DNA of 32,000 nucleotides from Moraxella nasovis (GTDB lineage Bacteria; Pseudomonadota; Gammaproteobacteria; Pseudomonadales; Moraxellaceae): NCBI RefSeq assembly GCF_022701215.1, contig NZ_CP089976.1, positions 1,110,001 to 1,142,000 of the forward strand, read 5' to 3'. Shown piece by piece: positions 26,563 to 32,000 of this stretch (position 1 is its first letter; each line of letters starts with the position of its first letter). The notes under the pieces were generated by a model. It saw only the letters and a program-made list of their open reading frames with translations, ran no database searches and was not told where the DNA came from. The position numbers and the translations under genes were made by a program.

Positions 26563-26651
26563 CTTTTTAAAATCCTTAGTTTGGTTTTAATGACTAAATT
26601 AAGGTATTCTACTATACTAAACTTAGTAGAATACAGGCTGATAAACGACTA

Positions 26652-26676
26652 AGCCCGCTGTTTTGTGGGCTTTTTT
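26652..26676 (+). terminator. Intrinsic terminator/attenuator between metY and rimP
   Basis: The stem agcccgc/gtgggct (one G-T wobble) has a 6-nt loop and a T6 tail. Confidence 0.6.
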
Positions 26677-26744
26677 GCATTTATCGTTTAGATGATTTAC
26701 AATCATTGGTATCAGCTTTCATTTTAAGGATAGACAGAGTTCTC

Positions 26745-27242
26745 ATGAAACCATCGAGTAAAATTGCTGAATTAACCCAATTGATCGCCCCTGCTGTCAA
26801 TGCGTGCGGTGTTGAGCTTTGGGGTATTGAATTTATGCCGCAAGGTCGCAAGTCGCTTTTGCGTATTTACATCGAAGTCTCGCCAGATGCACGTCTTGCA
26901 GGCGAGCACATCACCATCGAAGATTGTACAGCGGTGAATCACCAAGTATCAGGCGTGCTAGATGTGCATGACCCGATTGCAGGCGAATACATTTTAGAAG
27001 TCTCATCACCAGGCTTTGATCGCCCATTATTTAGCCCGTCTCAAGTGGCGATGTTCATCGGTGAGACCATTAGCTTACGTCTAATCCGTGCTATCGGTGC
27101 AGGCGATGGCAGACGTCGCAAGGTGACTGGGCGTTTACAGTCTGCTGATGATAAGAGCATGACTATCGTAACTGATGATCATCTTGAATTTAACATCGAC
27201 TTTGATAATGTCGATAAAGCAAACTTAATCTATGCCGAATAA
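26745..27242 (+). CDS. rimP: Ribosome maturation factor RimP
   Basis: GVELWGIEF...LLRIYIE, HQVSGVLDVHDPI and LEVSSPGFDRPLF are collinear with E. coli RimP. The ATG at 26745 is preferred over the track's upstream start at 26706. Confidence 0.9.
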   Translation: MKPSSKIAELTQLIAPAVNACGVELWGIEFMPQGRKSLLRIYIEVSPDARLAGEHITIEDCTAVNHQVSGVLDVHDPIAGEYILEVSSPGFDRPLFSPSQVAMFIGETISLRLIRAIGAGDGRRRKVTGRLQSADDKSMTIVTDDHLEFNIDFDNVDKANLIYAE

Positions 27243-27288
27243 TGGCATTTGACTTTACTATTTTTTAACCAACTCAAAGGATACGCAA

Positions 27289-28770
27289 ATGAGTCGTGAA
27301 ATTTTGACCGTTGTTGAGACCGTCAGTAATGAAAAAGGGCTTAATCCTGAAGATATTTTTGAAGCGATTGAGCAGGCTTTGGTTGTATCTACCAAGAAAA
27401 AAGTATATACAGAGCAGCCAGAAGTTGCTATTCGTGTAGCGATTGACCGTAAGACAGGCGACTATGATACCTATCGCTACTGGACGGTCGTAGCAGACGA
27501 AGATCATGAAATGCCAGCTTGTCAGCTTGCAATCAGTGATCTAGACGAAACCCAATGGTCAATTGGCGATATTAAAGAAGAACAAATTGAATCCATTGAG
27601 TTTGGTCGTATTGCTGCAACTCAAGCAAAACAAGTTATCATCCAAAAGATTCGTGAAGCAGAACGTGCCTTAGTGGCAGATGCGTTTGAAGCTCGTGTGG
27701 GTGAGCTGATTTCAGGCGAAGTAAAAAAACAAAGCCGTGATGGTTATGTCATCGACTTAGGCGATAATGCTGAAGGCTATCTTGCAAAAGATCAAAGCTT
27801 ACCACGTGAAAACTTACGCCCAAAAAGCCGTGTAACCAGCTTACTATATCAAGTTAATCGTGATGGGCGTGGTTCTCAGCTGTTGTTGTCTCGTACGCAT
27901 AAAGACATGCTGACAGCCTTAATGACAAAAGAAGTGCCTGAGATTAGTGAAGGCATTATTGAAATTCGTGATGTGGCTCGCTTGCCTGGTCTGCGTGCTA
28001 AAATCTCCGTAAAAACGAACGATCACCGCATTGACCCTGTGGGTGCTTGCATTGGTATGCGTGGTACTCGTATCCAAGCGGTACAACAAGAGCTTGATGG
28101 CGAGCGTATTGATGTTGTCGTGTGGAGCGATGATCCTGCCCAGTATATCATCAGTGCCCTTGAGCCTGCTGACGTGTCAAGCTTGGTGCTGGATGAAGAC
28201 GCAAAAACAGCTGACATTATTTTTGCAACCAATGATCAGCTTGCCCGTGCTATCGGTTCACAAGGTCAAAACGTCCGCCTAGCGTCAGATTTGACAGGCT
28301 ATAAGCTAAACATGATGCTAGAAAGTGAATACGAAGAAAAGCAGGCTGGCGAAATCGAAAGCTACATTACGCAATTTTACGAACGCCTAGAAGTGGATCG
28401 TGACTTGGCAGAAGCGTTAGCAGAAGTAGGCTTTACCAGTATCGAAGAAGTGGCGTACGTGCCAGCTGAAGCTTTCTATGAGATCGAAGGCTTAGATGAT
28501 GATGCCATCGCGATGATCCAAGAGCGAGCAAAAGAAGCGGTCATTACCGATGAGCTTGTCAAGCAGCAAAATGTCAAAGAGCCATCAGGTGACTTGCTTG
28601 CCTTAGAAGGCATGACAACAGCAGTGGCTTATAAGCTTGCAGAGCGTGACATTATCACATTAGATGACTTGGCAGAGCAAGCGGTATTTGACATTGAAGA
28701 CATCGAAGGCTTAGATGCTAAAAGTGCAGGCGATCTGATTATGAACGCCCGTAAATCGTGGTTTGAATAA
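27289..28770 (+). CDS. nusA: Transcription termination/antitermination factor NusA
   Basis: The 493-aa product has an N-terminal domain, S1, KH1/KH2 (CIGMRGTRIQAV, AIGSQGQNVRLAS) and C-terminal acidic repeats. Confidence 0.95.
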   Translation: MSREILTVVETVSNEKGLNPEDIFEAIEQALVVSTKKKVYTEQPEVAIRVAIDRKTGDYDTYRYWTVVADEDHEMPACQLAISDLDETQWSIGDIKEEQIESIEFGRIAATQAKQVIIQKIREAERALVADAFEARVGELISGEVKKQSRDGYVIDLGDNAEGYLAKDQSLPRENLRPKSRVTSLLYQVNRDGRGSQLLLSRTHKDMLTALMTKEVPEISEGIIEIRDVARLPGLRAKISVKTNDHRIDPVGACIGMRGTRIQAVQQELDGERIDVVVWSDDPAQYIISALEPADVSSLVLDEDAKTADIIFATNDQLARAIGSQGQNVRLASDLTGYKLNMMLESEYEEKQAGEIESYITQFYERLEVDRDLAEALAEVGFTSIEEVAYVPAEAFYEIEGLDDDAIAMIQERAKEAVITDELVKQQNVKEPSGDLLALEGMTTAVAYKLAERDIITLDDLAEQAVFDIEDIEGLDAKSAGDLIMNARKSWFE

Positions 28771-28934
28771 TCATGAGCATTAAAGCGAAGAGCGTATTAT
28801 AATGAATACGCCAACCGAATAATTTTTTGCCAAAACACGATGGGATAATTTGTGATTTGGCAAGTAAAAATCAGCTTAGGGTGCAACATAACCCTAAGCG
28901 TGCTAAACACAAACAAAACTAGGTGAAATATCCA

Positions 28935-31661
28935 ATGGCAGAAAAAAGCGTAAAACAACTCGCCCAAAACTCAAATACAACCGTAGAAACCATTCTAAAA
29001 CAGCTGACTGATGCTGGTCTACCCGCTCGTGGTGCAGACGATAGCATTAGCCAAGATGAGCAAGATCGCTTGGTGGCATTTTTGAAAAAAAGCCATGGCC
29101 AAGATCAGCGTTCACGCATCAGCTTGAAAGCGAAAACCACATCAACCGCTAAAGTAACTGGCACATCTGGTAAGTCAAAAGCGGTTAATGTCGTAAAAAC
29201 TAAGAAAAAAGTATACGAAAAGCCAAACGCAGAAAAACTGGCTGAAGAAATCGCAGCCCAAGCAAAAGCAGCTGAAGAGGCTCGCCTAAAAGCAGCTGAA
29301 GAAAAGCAAGCCGCTGAACGTGCTAAAAAAGAATCTGAAGACAGACAAGCAGCGGCACTTGCTGCCATGCGTGCTAACAGCCAAAGTGAAAAGTCAACGG
29401 TGACAAGCAGTGCATCGGTTGTGGTGAAAAAGAAAAAAACCACTGAAGATACCCCTGTGCAAGCAAAAAAAGCCGATAAGAAAAAGCCAGCTAAGACTCA
29501 TAAAGTAGAAACTGCCGAAGAGAAAAAGGCTCGCAAGGCTCTTGAGGCTGAAGAGCAACGACTTAGAGATCTTGAGGCAGAAAGCCGTCGCAAGGCAGCT
29601 GAAGAAGCCCAAAAGCGTACGCTTGAGCAGATGAAACAAATGGCAAGCCATTATACTGATAAAGGTGATGCACCAAATGCCGTAGTGCGTAAAGATGAAC
29701 CACTTGCCAAAGGCTTGGTGGGTGCAGCATTAGAAGAGTCGTTTGAAAAAGAACGTCGTGAAATTAAACGTGGTGCTAGCACTCCATCAAACCGTTCTAA
29801 GAGTGGCAGACGTGGTAAAGCCCAAGAAGAACGTGAGATTAAGACCAAACAACGTGGTCTAAAATCTAGCCAATCTGGTAAGCACAAGTTTGAAATGCCT
29901 GTTGAAAAAATTGTGCATAATATTGAAGTTGGTGAATACATCGTTGTATCTGATTTGGCAGCGAAGATGGCAGTTAAAGTGCGTGAAGTCATCAAATCAC
30001 TGATGAAAATGGGTGAGATGGTGCGTGAATCTGACAGCATTGATCAGACGACAGCAGCACTTGTCATTGAAGAGTTTGGACATAATTTGGTGGCAGTAAG
30101 TGACACCAAGCTAGAAGACGACCTACAAGAAGCTGTAGATGAGCGTAGTGGTAATATCCAAGCACGCCCGCCTGTTGTTACCATCATGGGGCACGTGGAT
30201 CACGGTAAGACATCACTTCTTGATAAAATCCGTGAAACCAAAGTGGCAAGTGGCGAAGCTGGCGGCATCACTCAGCACATCGGTGCGTATCATGTGACTA
30301 CTGATCGTGGTGTGATCACCTTCTTAGATACCCCAGGACACGCTGCCTTTACTGCCATGCGTTCTCGTGGTGCAAAAGCAACCGACATCGTTGTACTCGT
30401 GGTTGCAGCTGATGATGGTATGATGCCACAGACAGAAGAGGCTATCGATCACGCTCGTGCCGCTGGTACGCCCATCATCGTCGCCATTAATAAGATGGAT
30501 AAAGATACCGCCGATCCTGATCGTGTGATTAATGAGTTGTCTGTTAAGGAAGTTATCCCAGAAGAGTGGGGTGGTGATGTGCCGATGATTAAGCTGTCTG
30601 CTAAGACAGGTGATGGCATAGATGAGCTACTTGAGACTATTAGTCTACAAGCTGAAATTATGGAGCTTGAAGCCCCTGTTGATGGTGCAGCCCAAGGTGT
30701 GGTGATCGAATCTCGCGTAGAAAAAGGCCGCGGTGTCGTAGCCAGTCTATTGGTCAAAAAAGGCACGTTAAGCCAAGGCGACTTAGTGCTAGCGGGTGAA
30801 TACTATGGTAAAGTGCGTGCGATGGTTGATGAGAACGGTGGACGCATCAAGCAAGCAGGACCATCTATCCCTGTGGAGATTTTAGGTTTGCCAGAAGCAC
30901 CAGCGGCAGGTAGCGAGTTTTTGGTGGTGTCTGATGAGAAAAAAGCTCGTGAAGTTGCTGATTTTCGTGCAGCCCGTGAGCGTGAGCGTGTGCTAGAACG
31001 CCAAAATAAAATGCGTCTTGATACCTTATTTGAGAGCATGGGTAGCGAGGCGAAGACACTAAATCTGATCTTAAAAACAGACGTGCGTGGCTCGCTAGAG
31101 GCATTGCTTGGGGCGTTAGAAGAGCTGTCTACCGATGAGGTAAAAGTTCGTGTCATCAGCTCTGGCGTCGGTGCGATTACAGAATCTGATGTGATTTTGG
31201 CAGAATCTAGTGAGGCGGTGTTACTAGGCTTTAATGTGCGTGCCGACACAGCAGGTAAGCGTAAAGCGGACGAGGCAGGCATTGACATTCGTTATTATAG
31301 TGTCATCTATGGTCTGATTGACGATGTTAAAGCTGCCATGAGTGGTATGCTAGCACCTGAACACCGTGAGAAAATCTTGGGCATCGCTGAGGTGCGTGAG
31401 GTGTTCCGTTCAAGCAAATTTGGTGCAGCAGCAGGCTGTATGGTGCGTGAAGGCACGATTTACCGTAACAAGCCTATCCGTGTTTTACGTGATGATAAAG
31501 TCATCTTTACAGGGCAGTTGCAGTCGTTACGTCGCTATAAAGATGATGTTAATGAAGTGCGTGCTGGCATGGAGTGCGGTCTTGCGGTTAAAGGCTATGA
31601 AGTTGCTACTGGCGACTTGATTGAGGTCTTTGAGATCCAAGAAGTTAAGCGCGAGCTGTAA
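28935..31661 (+). CDS. infB: Translation initiation factor IF-2
   Basis: A Lys/Ala/Glu-rich N-terminal region precedes the GTPase motifs [14 protein letters not shown] and NKMD. The ATG at 28935 lies 9 nt after aggtga (28921-28926); the track's GTG at 28923 overlaps the SD. Confidence 0.95.
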   Translation: MAEKSVKQLAQNSNTTVETILKQLTDAGLPARGADDSISQDEQDRLVAFLKKSHGQDQRSRISLKAKTTSTAKVTGTSGKSKAVNVVKTKKKVYEKPNAEKLAEEIAAQAKAAEEARLKAAEEKQAAERAKKESEDRQAAALAAMRANSQSEKSTVTSSASVVVKKKKTTEDTPVQAKKADKKKPAKTHKVETAEEKKARKALEAEEQRLRDLEAESRRKAAEEAQKRTLEQMKQMASHYTDKGDAPNAVVRKDEPLAKGLVGAALEESFEKERREIKRGASTPSNRSKSGRRGKAQEEREIKTKQRGLKSSQSGKHKFEMPVEKIVHNIEVGEYIVVSDLAAKMAVKVREVIKSLMKMGEMVRESDSIDQTTAALVIEEFGHNLVAVSDTKLEDDLQEAVDERSGNIQARPPVVTIMGHVDHGKTSLLDKIRETKVASGEAGGITQHIGAYHVTTDRGVITFLDTPGHAAFTAMRSRGAKATDIVVLVVAADDGMMPQTEEAIDHARAAGTPIIVAINKMDKDTADPDRVINELSVKEVIPEEWGGDVPMIKLSAKTGDGIDELLETISLQAEIMELEAPVDGAAQGVVIESRVEKGRGVVASLLVKKGTLSQGDLVLAGEYYGKVRAMVDENGGRIKQAGPSIPVEILGLPEAPAAGSEFLVVSDEKKAREVADFRAARERERVLERQNKMRLDTLFESMGSEAKTLNLILKTDVRGSLEALLGALEELSTDEVKVRVISSGVGAITESDVILAESSEAVLLGFNVRADTAGKRKADEAGIDIRYYSVIYGLIDDVKAAMSGMLAPEHREKILGIAEVREVFRSSKFGAAAGCMVREGTIYRNKPIRVLRDDKVIFTGQLQSLRRYKDDVNEVRAGMECGLAVKGYEVATGDLIEVFEIQEVKREL

Positions 31662-31683
31662 TTATCAGCCTTAATGATGTGAA

Positions 31684-31715
31684 CAAACCCTGCTATTGCG
31701 GGGTTTGTTTTTTTT
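31684..31715 (+). terminator. Rho-independent terminator after infB (partial, since rbfA follows)
   Basis: The 10-bp stem caaaccctgc/gcggggtttg has a 4-nt loop and a T8 tail. Confidence 0.8.
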
Positions 31716-31777
31716 AGTCGTGGCGTATTTTTAGGAAATCCGCTATACTATTTGATTATTTATAACAGAGAAATATT

Positions 31778-32000
31778 ATGAATCAACGTTTACAACGCCT
31801 AGCCGACCAAATTCAGCGTACGCTTGCTGTTCTTATTCGTGATGAGATTAATGACCCACGTCTGACAGGCTTTGTTACGATTTCGTCGGTAAAAGTCAGC
31901 CCTGATTTGGGTTATGCCGATGTGTATGTCACCATTTTAGAGCCGTCTCAAGATGGCGGAATGAATAAAGAATCACATAAAGCAAGCCTAGAAGTGCTTA
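31778..32000 (+). CDS. rbfA: Ribosome-binding factor A (5' part; runs off the right edge)
   Basis: [54 protein letters not shown] matches the RbfA N-terminal KH-like fold signature. It sits downstream of infB. It is absent from the track because it is edge-truncated. Confidence 0.9.
   Translation, partial: MNQRLQRLADQIQRTLAVLIRDEINDPRLTGFVTISSVKVSPDLGYADVYVTILEPSQDGGMNKESHKASLEVL

Overview
This is a chromosomal segment with gammaproteobacterial core gene order. The Hag/MID-like adhesin leader and the pilBCD-coaE and metY-rimP-nusA-infB-rbfA arrangements suggest Moraxellaceae, probably Moraxella, but that is inference and was not checked against any database.

About 80% of the window (7.1-32 kb) is ordinary housekeeping: parE, sstT, a LysR regulator, an AspC/TyrB aminotransferase, a TM-helix-repeat membrane protein, an FKBP lipoprotein, argA, a patatin-like lipoprotein, recG, coaE, pilD-pilC-pilB, tpiA, secG, tRNA-Leu(GAG), initiator tRNA-fMet, rimP, nusA, infB and partial rbfA.

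The unusual part is the first 7 kb. One minus-strand reading frame stays open from 6242 to the left window edge, more than 2080 codons. The supplied ORF track omits it because it has no stop in the window; the + strand ORFs listed there are antisense shadows. It encodes a giant trimeric autotransporter adhesin with three notable properties:
- Repeats are nested at three scales: apparently identical 1071-bp units, 180-bp sub-units and 18-bp hexapeptide units.
- A G9 tract sits inside the signal-peptide codons.
- A G12 tract lies 508 bp upstream, in a 927-bp ORF-free intergenic region.

Together these look like a doubly contingency-controlled, length-variable adhesin locus. I found no CRISPR array, transposase or integrase, toxin-antitoxin pair, or multi-gene defence-like system. 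Smaller oddities are listed as findings: an orphan terminator plus mini-ORF in front of the FKBP gene, a structured nusA-infB spacer, and short tandem repeats.
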